Shown: one piece after another, positions 53,716-63,860 of the stretch
Numbering within the stretch: position 1 is the first letter of the stretch
Layout of the letters: each line of letters begins with the position of its first letter
Source of the DNA: a bacterium
Lineage (GTDB): Bacteria > Bacteroidota > Ignavibacteria > UBA10030
Direction: 5' to 3'
Length of the DNA: 64,000 nt
Assembly: GCA_043803945.1 (NCBI GenBank)
Contig: JAZDJN010000091.1
Location: 77,128 to 141,127, forward strand
Translations under genes and position numbers: made by a program
Notes under the pieces: generated by a model
What the model was told of the DNA's origin: nothing
The model's input: the letters and a program-made list of their open reading frames with translations, nothing else
The model's database searches: none

Positions 53716-56549
53716 CGCGTTACGCTCTCCTTCCAGAGTGCATCCAGAACGGCACTCATCTCAAGTCCAAAGTAAATCGGCGGATTGCGCCGCTCGTAGC
53801 TGAACGTCAGCGGATCTGTCCGCAGTGAACGATAGAGCGGATGATGATTAAAGAAATTATTCACGAAGAATGAAACTTCTGTCCCCGACCAGAGCTCTTT
53901 ACTGACGCGCAAGTTCACCAACCACTTATTTGGTCGATCTTCATCGAAGTACTCATACTCCTGTGGATGCTTCTGTAATCCGCTGTATCGCTCGGTACCA
54001 CGTTCGGCTTCGGGGATCATCATGAGTTGTCCCGCCTTTGTAAAATAGCCGACAGCCAGCGTATCGCTGCGGCCGCGATAGCCATCCCGTTCCAACATCT
54101 GCTGCTCGATATGGATCGTGAGCCACATCCGCAATTCCTTCAGATGAATATCAAAACGGTATTTTAGCAGAAGATCTTCCGTCACCCGGGTCTCGCTCTT
54201 GTGAATAGGAAAGAGATATGTTCCCAGGCGTGTATCCAATCGCTGTCCGCCGAAGACAAGCCCGTTAGCCTGCCCGGATTTGTAATAGGTATACGCAAGA
54301 TCAAACTCAAGGACTGTATTAATTGAGGGGATGCGCCTTGTCTTCAATGTAAGTTCAACACCGCGAGCGTCTGACCAGATGGAATTATTGGAAACGATGA
54401 TCTTCTCCATCAAGGTATCTTTCACATTGACGACGCTCTGATCAGGCCATCGCGGCCACGATTTTTTCAGGAGCGTAATCGGCACAATCATAGTGCCAAA
54501 GCCGCCGTCGGTCTTGTTGATGAATCCGGTCAGGGAAATTCCCATATCCCCTAATTGCTGGTCGATGCTTGCTTCGTACTTCGTTTGGCGGTACCCATGC
54601 AGATTTTCGTTGCCGCGGTTAAAGATGTAGGTCGATAGAAGCGAAAAATTTTTCGACGGATCTTGCGGATTGATAGCCACCGTATCAACAACATCGTAGT
54701 AGCGGAGATTAGGATAGATCATCGACAAAGGCGGCGCTTTAGATGTTATCCCGTAGCCCACCCGCAGTTGAGTCTCCTCGAAAATGTTCATACTGAAATT
54801 CACCCGGGGATCAAGAAAACTTCCCTGCCGCGATTTCACGATCCAGTCGCGCTTCAAGAAGCCATCCAAGCTCAGGCCGTACGGATCGAACATTTCATAG
54901 CGAACACCAATCTGGAGTGTGAAGGGTTTCCAGAATGTCCCCGCAATCCTGTCCTCCAGAAAGAGGCTTGCGATGGAAAGCCCGGGGAGTTCGTTATAGC
55001 TGCGCGGACGGTCGCCGACATTAGGAGCATTCCACGGCGGATAAAACGAATCATAGATCCTTCCGGGCCCGCGGTTCACATCGTACTGCCATTTAATTCC
55101 GGCCGCAACGGTGTGAATAAAATTTCCCATCTCAAGATGATCTTCCCAATCGAGATTCGCATACAAATTCCAGACATCTCCTTTGACCCAGTACTGCGAG
55201 AGATAGGACCCCAGTGCAAATCGCCCCGCAGTTACACCAGGCGTTAACCGGTCGGAGAGGACAACATTATCGCGAGAGACCATATCCTGCTTGAATGAAT
55301 TCTGGCGCGTATAGGCAACGGAGAGCACTGCATTCAACGCAGACTGTGCGTCGAGCCGATAGCTGGAGTTCAGCGTGTATTTGACGTTGATATCCCGGTT
55401 GTAATACGCCGTACGTGCTGCATAAGCGGGGTCTTCTTTCATCTCATCAAATGCGCGAGTGAAATAAAGAATGTTTTTAACAGAGAGTTGATTTTCTGCG
55501 AGAAAGCGGGTGATCGAGGAAAGCTGGAATGCGATTCTGGTATAGCCATCGCCGGGGCGTCTGATGTCCCGCTCAGAAGAGGCAACGTTGATATTATACC
55601 CGAGCCCCGTTTCCCAGAGGTTCACCCCGCCGCTCAGGTTGCCTTCATAGGTGTTGGGATTATATTTGAACTTCAGGCGGTTTACCATCTGGCCTGTTTT
55701 TGTGGTGACACGGATAATGCCCGAGGTCAAATCGCCATGACGAGCCGAGGGGATGCCGCGGATGATTTCGATGTTGTCGATATTTTCAGTCGGGATACTT
55801 CTCAGATCAATGCCGCGGCTCGTCGTTGCCGTTGGAGCGGCATCGATCTGCATATTGGCATTGTTTGAAGTCGGCACGTTGTCGATCATTATCTGAGTAC
55901 CGAACGATCCGATGGATTGCGCGGTCACATCGCGATCGCTTCCGCGGAGATTCGCCTGCTGCACGCTAACAAGGCCGGGATTCGAACTCTTGACTCCTGG
56001 AATTAATTGCATCACATCGCCCAGGCTTGATGCCTGCAAGTGCTCGATATTATCGGAGCGGATAAGCGTTTTGGTCTCCGCCTCTTTCGGCATTAGCTCC
56101 GATTCTGCAAAGACCGTCATACCTCCAATAGTATACGAGGTTGTCTCGAGGACAATATTGAATCGGAGCGCGGATCCTGCACGGACCGTTACTTTTTGTG
56201 CAACTGATTTATATCCCATATACGAAACTCGAAGCGTATACTCTGCTAGTTTGATTGAGCGCAGGGTAAAGTTACCGTTCAGGTCACTGCTCGTGCCAAG
56301 GCGATTTTCAAGGAGATAGACATTGGCACCGATCAAAAGTTCACCCTGATCGCTTTTGACTGTTCCGGTGATTGTGCCCAATGAACTTTCGGTCTGACTG
56401 AGAAGAGGCGTGATGACAATGAACAACAGAACAACCAGCAGGTTGCATCGGATGCAGCGAGAATTGTGTGGATGGGACCGCTTCAAGCGAGAACCTTGAT
56501 AGAATAACCTATTACACAGATCATAATACCTGAAAGAAGATAAGAACAA
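53712..56549 (-). CDS. TonB-dependent receptor with an N-terminal carboxypeptidase-regulatory-like domain (start uncertain)
   Basis: LIGANV..GTSSDLNGNF and plug motifs IEHLQASSL, GIDLRSIPTENIDNIEIIRGIPSARHGDLTSG. C-terminal FFVNNFFN..YFGLE. Confidence 0.92.
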   Translation of the reverse strand: MFLSSFRYYDLCNRLFYQGSRLKRSHPHNSRCIRCNLLVVLLFIVITPLLSQTESSLGTITGTVKSDQGELLIGANVYLLENRLGTSSDLNGNFTLRSIKLAEYTLRVSYMGYKSVAQKVTVRAGSALRFNIVLETTSYTIGGMTVFAESELMPKEAETKTLIRSDNIEHLQASSLGDVMQLIPGVKSSNPGLVSVQQANLRGSDRDVTAQSIGSFGTQIMIDNVPTSNNANMQIDAAPTATTSRGIDLRSIPTENIDNIEIIRGIPSARHGDLTSGIIRVTTKTGQMVNRLKFKYNPNTYEGNLSGGVNLWETGLGYNINVASSERDIRRPGDGYTRIAFQLSSITRFLAENQLSVKNILYFTRAFDEMKEDPAYAARTAYYNRDINVKYTLNSSYRLDAQSALNAVLSVAYTRQNSFKQDMVSRDNVVLSDRLTPGVTAGRFALGSYLSQYWVKGDVWNLYANLDWEDHLEMGNFIHTVAAGIKWQYDVNRGPGRIYDSFYPPWNAPNVGDRPRSYNELPGLSIASLFLEDRIAGTFWKPFTLQIGVRYEMFDPYGLSLDGFLKRDWIVKSRQGSFLDPRVNFSMNIFEETQLRVGYGITSKAPPLSMIYPNLRYYDVVDTVAINPQDPSKNFSLLSTYIFNRGNENLHGYRQTKYEASIDQQLGDMGISLTGFINKTDGGFGTMIVPITLLKKSWPRWPDQSVVNVKDTLMEKIIVSNNSIWSDARGVELTLKTRRIPSINTVLEFDLAYTYYKSGQANGLVFGGQRLDTRLGTYLFPIHKSETRVTEDLLLKYRFDIHLKELRMWLTIHIEQQMLERDGYRGRSDTLAVGYFTKAGQLMMIPEAERGTERYSGLQKHPQEYEYFDEDRPNKWLVNLRVSKELWSGTEVSFFVNNFFNHHPLYRSLRTDPLTFSYERRNPPIYFGLEMSAVLDALWKESVTR

Positions 56550-56749
56550 TGTAGGAAAAATCCATAAAGGTTTGACGAATTAATTTTTATCCGACGATGA
56601 CTCGTAAACTATTGAGTGAAAGATTAAGATGCCGGGAGGAGAATGCATAATAGACAGTATGAAGAGCACTCGGTAGGAAAGTATTGACTATTCCAAGAAT
56701 TAGAATTTTCAGGAAATTTGATCCGTGATCTGAAATAAAAAAAATACTC

Positions 56750-57700
56750 CTACTCCGCTTTGAGATGGAGCTTGCGAGTGAAATAGTCCATCGTTCGCCA
56801 CAGGCCTTCCGATCGATCGACTTTGGGTGACCAGTCGAGCAGCTCTCGCGCTTTGGTGATATCGGGCTGTCGCACTTTCGGATCATCGACAGGAAGATCA
56901 CAAAAAATTATTTTGCTCCGGCTGCCCGAGAGGGCGATAATCTCCTGTGCCAATTGCAGCATGGTGATCTCCTGCGGATTACCGATATTGACCGGCAAGT
57001 GATAATCGGACATCATCAATCGATAGATGCCGTCGATGAGGTCCGATACGTAGCAAACGCTGCGCGTCTGTCCTCCATCGCCGAAGACAGTCACATCTTC
57101 ATCTTTCAATGCCTGCGAGAGGAATGCCGGGATAGCGCGGCCATCGTTCAATCGCATGCGCTCACCGTAGGTGTTAAAGATTCGGACGATGCGCGTCTGC
57201 AAACCATGGAAGTTATTGTAGGCCATGGTAATCGCTTCGGCAAAGCGTTTGGCTTCATCATACACGCCGCGGGGCCCGACTGGGTTGACGTTGCCCCAAT
57301 ACGATTCCGGCTGGGGATGGATCAGGGGATCCCCATAGACCTCCGACGTTGAAGCAAGCAGAAACCGTGCACCCTTCGCCTTTGCAAGGCCAAGCGCCTT
57401 ATGCGTACCAAGCGAGCCTACTTTCAGCGTCTGGATCGGAAGCTTCAGATAATCGATTGGGCTGGCCGGCGAGGCAAAGTGAAAAATGTAATCGACCTTC
57501 CCATCGAGAAATATATAGTTCGTCACATCATGCTGGAAGAATCTGAATTGCTGGTTTCCCATCAGGTGGGCAATATTGGCGATATCGCCGGTGATCAGGT
57601 TATCGATACAGACCACCGAGTGTCCTTCACTCAACAGGCGATTGCACAGATGTGATCCGAGAAAGCCTGCTCCCCCTGTGACGACTGATGTTGGAACCAT
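56750..57700 (-). CDS. uxs: UDP-glucuronate decarboxylase (UDP-xylose synthase)
   Basis: [46 protein letters not shown] and [10 protein letters not shown] motifs. Confidence 0.92.
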   Translation of the reverse strand: MVPTSVVTGGAGFLGSHLCNRLLSEGHSVVCIDNLITGDIANIAHLMGNQQFRFFQHDVTNYIFLDGKVDYIFHFASPASPIDYLKLPIQTLKVGSLGTHKALGLAKAKGARFLLASTSEVYGDPLIHPQPESYWGNVNPVGPRGVYDEAKRFAEAITMAYNNFHGLQTRIVRIFNTYGERMRLNDGRAIPAFLSQALKDEDVTVFGDGGQTRSVCYVSDLIDGIYRLMMSDYHLPVNIGNPQEITMLQLAQEIIALSGSRSKIIFCDLPVDDPKVRQPDITKARELLDWSPKVDRSEGLWRTMDYFTRKLHLKAE

Positions 57701-57753
57701 GGTTAAGTTTCTTTCTGAAATAGGGATATCCGCTCGCGCAGTATGATGTTTCG

Positions 57754-58311
57754 CTACATTATGGTTTTAAGCTCGGTGATGAGGTGCAGTTCACTCAACC
57801 GTCGAGTGAGATAAGCGCCATCCAAAGTTGTGCGATTCTCAATGAGCAGCCAGAGAACATCATCGCGATAGCGATCGATATTGTACATCTTGGCTAGAGA
57901 AAGATACTCGACTATCAACTCTTCCAGCGAGATGAAGAAGATCTGCTCAGTACGGAACGGGACAGGGACTCGTCGGTCAAAAATCCGATCTGCATTTTTC
58001 GATTTTTTATGCACGATAAGGTCGCATCGTATGATGAGACGGTTATCGTACATCGTGATCCGATCCTCGACAACATCTTCACTCTCGATTCCGGCATCTT
58101 TAATAAAGAAGTCGGGGGAAAAAAGCTCGATGAGATCCCCCATCGTCTTTTTGCCGATTTGGACATGGACGGCAATGCTTTTAACCGGGCGCGGTTTGGT
58201 ATAAAGGTTAAAGGCTAAGGAACGGCTGACAGCGTAGGATAATCCGACACCTGTTAGCCGTTTGATGATATCGAGTAAGAGTGATGTCGTTTCGGGATCA
58301 GTAATCTTCAT
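57754..58311 (-). CDS. Hypothetical protein resembling a degenerate minimal nucleotidyltransferase
   Basis: [27 protein letters not shown] parallels the Y...GS.A...Y..PR.T.DID pattern. ISLEELI and LDGAYL in the C-terminus. Confidence 0.55.
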   Translation of the reverse strand: MKITDPETTSLLLDIIKRLTGVGLSYAVSRSLAFNLYTKPRPVKSIAVHVQIGKKTMGDLIELFSPDFFIKDAGIESEDVVEDRITMYDNRLIIRCDLIVHKKSKNADRIFDRRVPVPFRTEQIFFISLEELIVEYLSLAKMYNIDRYRDDVLWLLIENRTTLDGAYLTRRLSELHLITELKTIM

Positions 58312-58381
58312 TGGTCAATCGATCTCGTGAGTTCTTCAAAGAGTATTTATTGATCCTGTCAGTGTAAGACTGGAATAGAGG

Positions 58382-58927
58382 TTAAAATAATTCATCATCT
58401 AAAAAGTCTTTCAGCCGTTTCCCCTGAAGATCCTTCGGAGAAATTGTGGGCCCGGTCAACGGCCACCTGATTCCAAGATCGGAATCGCTCCAGAGAAGTG
58501 TTTTTTCATTCTCTTTTGAATAGAACGCCGTACACTTATACGCGAGAAAGACTTTTTCGGACAATGCAAGAAATCCGTGCGCAAAACCTTCCGGCACGAA
58601 AAGTTGTCGATGATGTTCAGAGGAAAGATATTCTCCTGTCCATTGTCCAAAGGTTGGAGAAGTTTTTCTGAGATCCACGACAACATCAAACGCTTCTCCC
58701 TTGATTACGGAAATCAATTTTCCCTGTGGTGAAGGATTTTGAAAATGTAATCCCCGCAGCACTCCCTTCGTTGAACAAGAGAGGTTATCCTGCACAAAAT
58801 GCTTTGGGAGTCCCAACTGGTGATACTTCTCCTCTTGCCAAGTTTCTAAGAAATAGCCCCGTTGATCATGGAAGACCTCCGGTTCGATGATGAGGACGCC
58901 AGAAAGTTTGCCTGGGAATACATTCAT
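58382..58927 (-). CDS. rmlC: dTDP-4-dehydrorhamnose 3,5-epimerase
   Basis: DQRGYFLE, FVQDNLS, GVLRGLHFQ, VDLRKTSPTFGQW, VPEGFAHGF and YKC motifs. Confidence 0.97.
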   Translation of the reverse strand: MNVFPGKLSGVLIIEPEVFHDQRGYFLETWQEEKYHQLGLPKHFVQDNLSCSTKGVLRGLHFQNPSPQGKLISVIKGEAFDVVVDLRKTSPTFGQWTGEYLSSEHHRQLFVPEGFAHGFLALSEKVFLAYKCTAFYSKENEKTLLWSDSDLGIRWPLTGPTISPKDLQGKRLKDFLDDELF

Positions 58928-58931
58928 AGAG

Positions 58932-60233
58932 TTAAGACCGTCCTATCCCATAATAAGTGAATCCTTTTCCTTTCATCTCTTTCGGATCGTAAATATTCCT
59001 TCCATCAAAGATGATCGGTGTTTTCATCATCGACTTCATCTTTTGGAAGTCCGGTCGGCGGAATTCATTCCATTCGGTGATGATCATAAGGGCATGCGAA
59101 CCCTCTAAGGCATCATAGTAATCGTTGAAGTAGCGAATCTTGCTGCCGAAGATCGCCTTCACATTTGCCTGGGCTACTGGATCGTGGACTTGAACCTTAA
59201 CGCCCAATGCCAAAAGTTCTTTTATAATAACGAGTGCCGGCGCTTCACGAATGTCATCGGTCATTGGTTTAAATGAGAGGCCCCAGATGGAGATTGTCTT
59301 TCCTTTCAATCTGGCTCCGAACTTAACCTGGAGCTTGCGGACGAGGACACTCTTCTGATGTTCATTCACCTCATCGACAGCCCGAAGAATTTTCATTTGG
59401 TGGCCATGCTCTTCTGCAGTCTTCACGAGCGCCTTGACATCCTTTGGAAAACAAGAGCCGCCATAACCGACGCCGGGAAAAATGAATTGCTTCCCGATGC
59501 GGGGATCCGACCCAATGCCGCGACGAACGGATTCAATATCAGCGCCCACCGTCTCGCAGAGATTTGCCAGTTCATTCATAAAGGAGATCTTTGTTGCCAG
59601 GATCGAGTTGGCAGCGTACTTCGTGACCTCAGCGCTCCGTTCTTCCATAACGAGTATGGGATTGCCAGAGCGTACAAAGGGCTCGTAAAGATCTCTCAGC
59701 GTTTCGATGACGTTCTTGCTCCGTGAACCAATGACGATCCGGTCAGGTTTCAACGAATCCTGGAGTGCAGTTCCTTCTTTCAAAAACTCCGGATTCGAGG
59801 CGACTTCGATTTTATGCTTCTTGGTACCTCGCACCATCTCCTTGATCCTATCCACTGTCCCCACGGGCACGGTACTTTTGCTAACCAGTATTTTATCGCC
59901 ATTCACATACTTTGTAATCTCTTTGGCAACCGAAAGCACATGTGTTAAATCCGCCGATCCATCTTCACTTGGCGGGGTGGGCAGGCAGAGAAAGATCACG
60001 CGGCTTTGTCTCACTGCATCCTTCAATGAGGTCGTGAATTCGATTCTTCCTTCCTGGTGATTTCTGCGGACTACTTCTTCCAGACCCGGTTCATAGATAG
60101 GAATAATTCCTTTTTTCAAATTGCGAATTTTTTTCTCATCAATGTCCATGCAGAGAACCTGATTGCCGGTATCCGCAAAACACGCTCCTTGAACTAATCC
60201 AACATAACCCGTTCCAATGATTGAAACATTCAT
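58932..60233 (-). CDS. ugd: UDP-glucose 6-dehydrogenase
   Basis: GTGYVG, PIYEPGL, KSTVPVGT, SNPEFLKEG, GYGGSCFPKD and FKPMTDDIRE motifs. Confidence 0.96.
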   Translation of the reverse strand: MNVSIIGTGYVGLVQGACFADTGNQVLCMDIDEKKIRNLKKGIIPIYEPGLEEVVRRNHQEGRIEFTTSLKDAVRQSRVIFLCLPTPPSEDGSADLTHVLSVAKEITKYVNGDKILVSKSTVPVGTVDRIKEMVRGTKKHKIEVASNPEFLKEGTALQDSLKPDRIVIGSRSKNVIETLRDLYEPFVRSGNPILVMEERSAEVTKYAANSILATKISFMNELANLCETVGADIESVRRGIGSDPRIGKQFIFPGVGYGGSCFPKDVKALVKTAEEHGHQMKILRAVDEVNEHQKSVLVRKLQVKFGARLKGKTISIWGLSFKPMTDDIREAPALVIIKELLALGVKVQVHDPVAQANVKAIFGSKIRYFNDYYDALEGSHALMIITEWNEFRRPDFQKMKSMMKTPIIFDGRNIYDPKEMKGKGFTYYGIGRS

Positions 60234-60300
60234 CTTCGTATTGCTCCTTTAGTATTCTTTATTAGAAAAAGTGTAATGACCAGAAATTTATTCAATGCTA

Positions 60301-60425
60301 ACCACCGATGGCACACTGATAATCACCGAGAAAAGCAAGCAGTATGAGACTTTAGTGAATGAAATAGTAAAAACCTTTTCTGTGTTCACCCCGTTCAACG
60401 GGGTAAATCGGTGTGTCATCCGTGG
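60301..60425. repeat. Palindromic element, family B copy 2, with a nested 19-bp hairpin
   Basis: Arms homologous to 14285-14393. The right arm is interrupted by TCACCCCGTTCAACGGGGT (60386-60404). Confidence 0.75.
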
Positions 60426-60471
60426 AGAATTTTCAAAGTAATTGCGAAAAAGGATTTACAAATTCCTGGAA

Positions 60472-62118
60472 TCACCAGATGCCATACCGAATATTCAAAC
60501 GATATTCCATTTGACTGCCGAGCAGAGGATCAAGGCCTGCTTCATCCTTAACCTCCCGGCTCTTTGCAGAAAGCGTGATGAAGCCATCACGTAAAAACTG
60601 ATACCTACCATAAAGGCAAAACGACTCTTCATCGCGAAGCGGTCCGAATAAAAATTGCGGCGCGGTTAAATCGTTCTGATAGTGATAGGCGATATCTTTC
60701 TCGCCCCCTTTGCGAAACCGCTCATAGGAACTGCCGAACTGCCAAACCCGCGATGGCCTGTAACTCAATTCAAGAAATACATTATCGGCATTCTGTCCGA
60801 TCCAATGACCCAGATCGTAGCCGTTGCTTGAGACATTGGTGGCACTGAATTTATGATGATAGACCCAGGGATTTAATCGTGTATACTCGCACGTGATTTC
60901 CAGATTGTCCTTCAGGACATCGTAGGCCTGAAAACCGATAGTGTATGCTACTTCGTTGTTCGCTTTGCTTGAACCAAGGAGGTTGTCGGTGCTCAAGTCG
61001 TCGAGCAAGAGTGTTGCATAACAGTTTACATCGGGTATCAGATTTACATCGGCATTAAAGAACCACTGGATGTTGTCTTTATCATTATTATAGTGTTCGG
61101 CAGATTTGAAAAACATAATCGGAATCATGTAGATCAGCAGTGGACCGCGATCACTGTAAACGACAGATTCACCCAGCGAGAGATCAAGCCCATCCATGAC
61201 AGAGATCTCAAGCTGGTGTGCAGCGATAAATTTCAAGCGGTCCACGGGACGATAGTACTCTGCCATGGATGAGGATCCTGAAATGTACGATCGGCCTGAG
61301 TCAATCATAGCGGAATTCAGATCTGCATGAAGGTAGATAAAATCCATCCAATCTGTGATCGGAAATCTCAATTTGAATTGCGGATAGGAAGGTGTTTTCG
61401 TTGAAAAAATGATATTGCCATTACGACCCGAGCCCCAAACATTCTGCATCTTTTCAAGCGAGAGTTGAAACTGTCCCAAAGCGAGCGTTACCTGAGCCTC
61501 GATGGTATTGTACTCGAGGACCTCCGTTTCCCGTTTTGTCGATACGATACCAGGATCGGGTGTATTCGATTTTGTGGGATTGAGTGCACCCCCCACCTCA
61601 CGGTTATCAACAAAGTTCAAATAGTAGCCGATATCATCGGTGGCGTACCCGTACAACTTGAATCCCTGCGAGCGAAGCCGGACCTGTTTTGATCCAATGT
61701 TGCGCTGCTCCAACTGGCCATTGAAATCGAGGTTGAGAATTCCATTTTGCAAATACATGAACATCAGGTGGCCCCGGGTTTCAGAGGGTTCTGAAGATCC
61801 CAGTACAATATCCAACTCGTAATTAAACTCTCCTTTTAAATACTCATACGTATTCCGCTCTACTTCCGTCATTTCTAGGATGTGTCCTTCAAGCAATACG
61901 AAATGCCGGGCAATCTCTAAGCGGGAGAGCGGCTTTGCGGCATCGCGATATTGCCTTAAGAATCCCCGGGCTTCCATTCGTTTTAAAAATGGATAGACCT
62001 CATGGGAAACTGGCAGATAGATGCTCTGAGCCACCATGAGCGATGCGGAAAGAACGAAGAGAATTGCAAGACAATGTAACCGTCGCAGAAGAATTATCTG
62101 GAAGGAACCGATTGCCAT
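60472..62118 (-). CDS. Capsule assembly Wzi-like outer-membrane protein
   Basis: VYPFLKRM..KPLSRLEI N-terminus. WGSG..IIFS, AAHQLEI, GESVVY, EYTRLNPWVY and LGHWIGQNAD motifs. C-terminal aromatic residue. Confidence 0.72.
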   Translation of the reverse strand: MAIGSFQIILLRRLHCLAILFVLSASLMVAQSIYLPVSHEVYPFLKRMEARGFLRQYRDAAKPLSRLEIARHFVLLEGHILEMTEVERNTYEYLKGEFNYELDIVLGSSEPSETRGHLMFMYLQNGILNLDFNGQLEQRNIGSKQVRLRSQGFKLYGYATDDIGYYLNFVDNREVGGALNPTKSNTPDPGIVSTKRETEVLEYNTIEAQVTLALGQFQLSLEKMQNVWGSGRNGNIIFSTKTPSYPQFKLRFPITDWMDFIYLHADLNSAMIDSGRSYISGSSSMAEYYRPVDRLKFIAAHQLEISVMDGLDLSLGESVVYSDRGPLLIYMIPIMFFKSAEHYNNDKDNIQWFFNADVNLIPDVNCYATLLLDDLSTDNLLGSSKANNEVAYTIGFQAYDVLKDNLEITCEYTRLNPWVYHHKFSATNVSSNGYDLGHWIGQNADNVFLELSYRPSRVWQFGSSYERFRKGGEKDIAYHYQNDLTAPQFLFGPLRDEESFCLYGRYQFLRDGFITLSAKSREVKDEAGLDPLLGSQMEYRLNIRYGIW

Positions 62119-62293
62119 GCTAACGATCAGAACGGATTGGTATGGTTGATTTCATAGGAGAAAATAACAAGCTTTTTCTCCTTAAGCAAACAGACGCACT
62201 GTGTGTTGAGAAGTTCGCTATTCAGACAGGGTAGAAGTCCATCTTTTATCTGTGAGTGATCTCCGTAAAAAGACGGACTTCTTCAAATCACGG

Positions 62294-63412
62294 TCATCTC
62301 GCACGCTTCTGAAGAGACAGATCCCGCAGAATTTTCTTCAGTATGACTTCGTATTGATCTGCATACCGCATCATCCCAAGATCAGTGGGGTGGGAACCGT
62401 CAACCGTTGCTTCGCCATCGTTTCCCAGCAATCCCCTGCCCTCCAGATAATAGAGCCCCTTCACTCCCTGCTTTTTCAGGCTCGTATAGGCTGCCTTCAA
62501 TGCCGCCTGTCGATCGTGGTGAGTCTTCTGGCGCTGTGGGAGTAGAGGAGCATTTGGCATTATTCTATCTTCAACGAGAAGAATTGGAGTCGTGGGGTGC
62601 TGCTCTCTCAGCAGCCTTACGAATGGCTCTGTCCGCGCTGCTACCTCTTCCGGTTTCAGATTAGGCAGGCAATCGATCACATAGACCAGCGGATCAAGTT
62701 CATTCATCAACTTCCCTACTTCGATCTCCATTTTTCCATTCCCGCTAAAACCAAGATTGATGATCGGCCTTTTTAATCTTCTCTCGAGAATCGCCGTCAT
62801 TGCCATGCCAGCACGGGATGCACAAGCTCCTTGCATGATGGAAGTACCGTAAAAGACAATCGGCTTTTCGGTTCTTGAAGCGATCGGATCAAAAAGTGAA
62901 GCAATGGGCACTCCGATCTCAAGGGAGTCGATCCCATTGTAGAGCGGAAGATAGAGGATATACGCTCGCTTTCCCGGAAGTAACTCTTTCACCAACAGTT
63001 CCCGCACAATTTCTGATGAGGGCCTGCTCGTTGCCACCCATTGCCATTCCCCCGATTTCAGTTGGCCATACAGATCCACACCGCTGACCCCGGTTGCAGG
63101 CATATGCGCCATCGCAATTCTCTTGCTATAGAGCTTATAGCGAACATGAATTTCTTCTGCATCAGTTCTAAAGCGGCAACTCATACCTGCGCTGCTTCTG
63201 CTGAGATCCCAAATCTCTTTTCGCACTAGCGACTCAGCCTTGGCCGGAAGCCGATCGAAGTGGCGATTTACGTCACTCCATCCTTTTCCCTCGACGCCCC
63301 ACTGGCTCACTGTATACCAAGCGAGGCTGGAGTCAATTCGTGGTGTAACTGTTTGCTGAGCCAATCCATGCAGGGAGAGTGCGAACAACAAAACAACAGA
63401 TGCATATCTCAT
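62294..63412 (-). CDS. Secreted SGNH/GDSL hydrolase with a GxDLY N-terminal domain
   Basis: SGVDLY, GTSIMQG, NLGFSGNG, DCLPN and DGSHP motifs. Signal peptide. Confidence 0.9.
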   Translation of the reverse strand: MRYASVVLLFALSLHGLAQQTVTPRIDSSLAWYTVSQWGVEGKGWSDVNRHFDRLPAKAESLVRKEIWDLSRSSAGMSCRFRTDAEEIHVRYKLYSKRIAMAHMPATGVSGVDLYGQLKSGEWQWVATSRPSSEIVRELLVKELLPGKRAYILYLPLYNGIDSLEIGVPIASLFDPIASRTEKPIVFYGTSIMQGACASRAGMAMTAILERRLKRPIINLGFSGNGKMEIEVGKLMNELDPLVYVIDCLPNLKPEEVAARTEPFVRLLREQHPTTPILLVEDRIMPNAPLLPQRQKTHHDRQAALKAAYTSLKKQGVKGLYYLEGRGLLGNDGEATVDGSHPTDLGMMRYADQYEVILKKILRDLSLQKRAR

Positions 63413-63450
63413 AAGTGATCCTTTGGATAATGAAAACCAAATCCCCTGTA

Positions 63451-63570
63451 GAGGGTGTCTGAAAAGTTATGAATAGCTCAACTTCGATTTTCAAAATTGT
63501 GCAATGCAATAAATTATCACATCTCCAACGTGGACGAGTGGTCAACTCGTCCTACATTTCAGACACCCTC
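63451..63570 (-). mobile_element. 120-bp MITE-like element, copy 2 (inverted relative to copy 1)
   Basis: 14-bp TIR GAGGGTGTCTGAAA/TTTCAGACACCCTC. Its reverse complement aligns without gaps to 23794-23913. Confidence 0.8.
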
Positions 63571-63598
63571 AATTTATTCCTCGCCCACTACAATACTT

Positions 63599-63640
63599 AA
63601 ATATCAAATTTCAAACAATTTCCAAATTTCAATTTCCAAG
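63599..63640 (+). repeat. Degenerate heptamer tandem repeat (AAATTTC-like)
   Basis: aaatatc aaatttc aaac aatttcc aaatttc aatttcc. Confidence 0.55.
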
Positions 63641-63678
63641 CTTGCTCCCAAATTAAATTCCTCTATCAATTTCTTATC

Positions 63679-63728
63679 TGGGAGGGAGCTCCCGCCAAAC
63701 AGACGGTGGGCAAGCCAGCTCCCGACCA
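63679..63728. repeat. REP-like palindrome with a nested insertion
   Basis: TGGGAGGGAGCT[CCCGCCAAACAGACGGTGGGCAAG]CCAGCTCCCGACCA. Confidence 0.55.
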
Positions 63729-63860
63729 TAGGCGACTAATTTCTTGGCGGCCTTGGCACCGATTTATCAGGGGTGGTTCCTCCTTCATCATTTTCACCGC
63801 GTTTTGCCGCCACTCACCCTGACGCAGGTAGAGCACAGGTCCCTCTCTCGCTTCCGAGAG

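Noticed and set aside
56550-56750. Cobalamin or other riboswitch upstream of the TonB receptor
   Set aside because: The region is AT-rich, with no B12-box or other aptamer core recognisable by eye.
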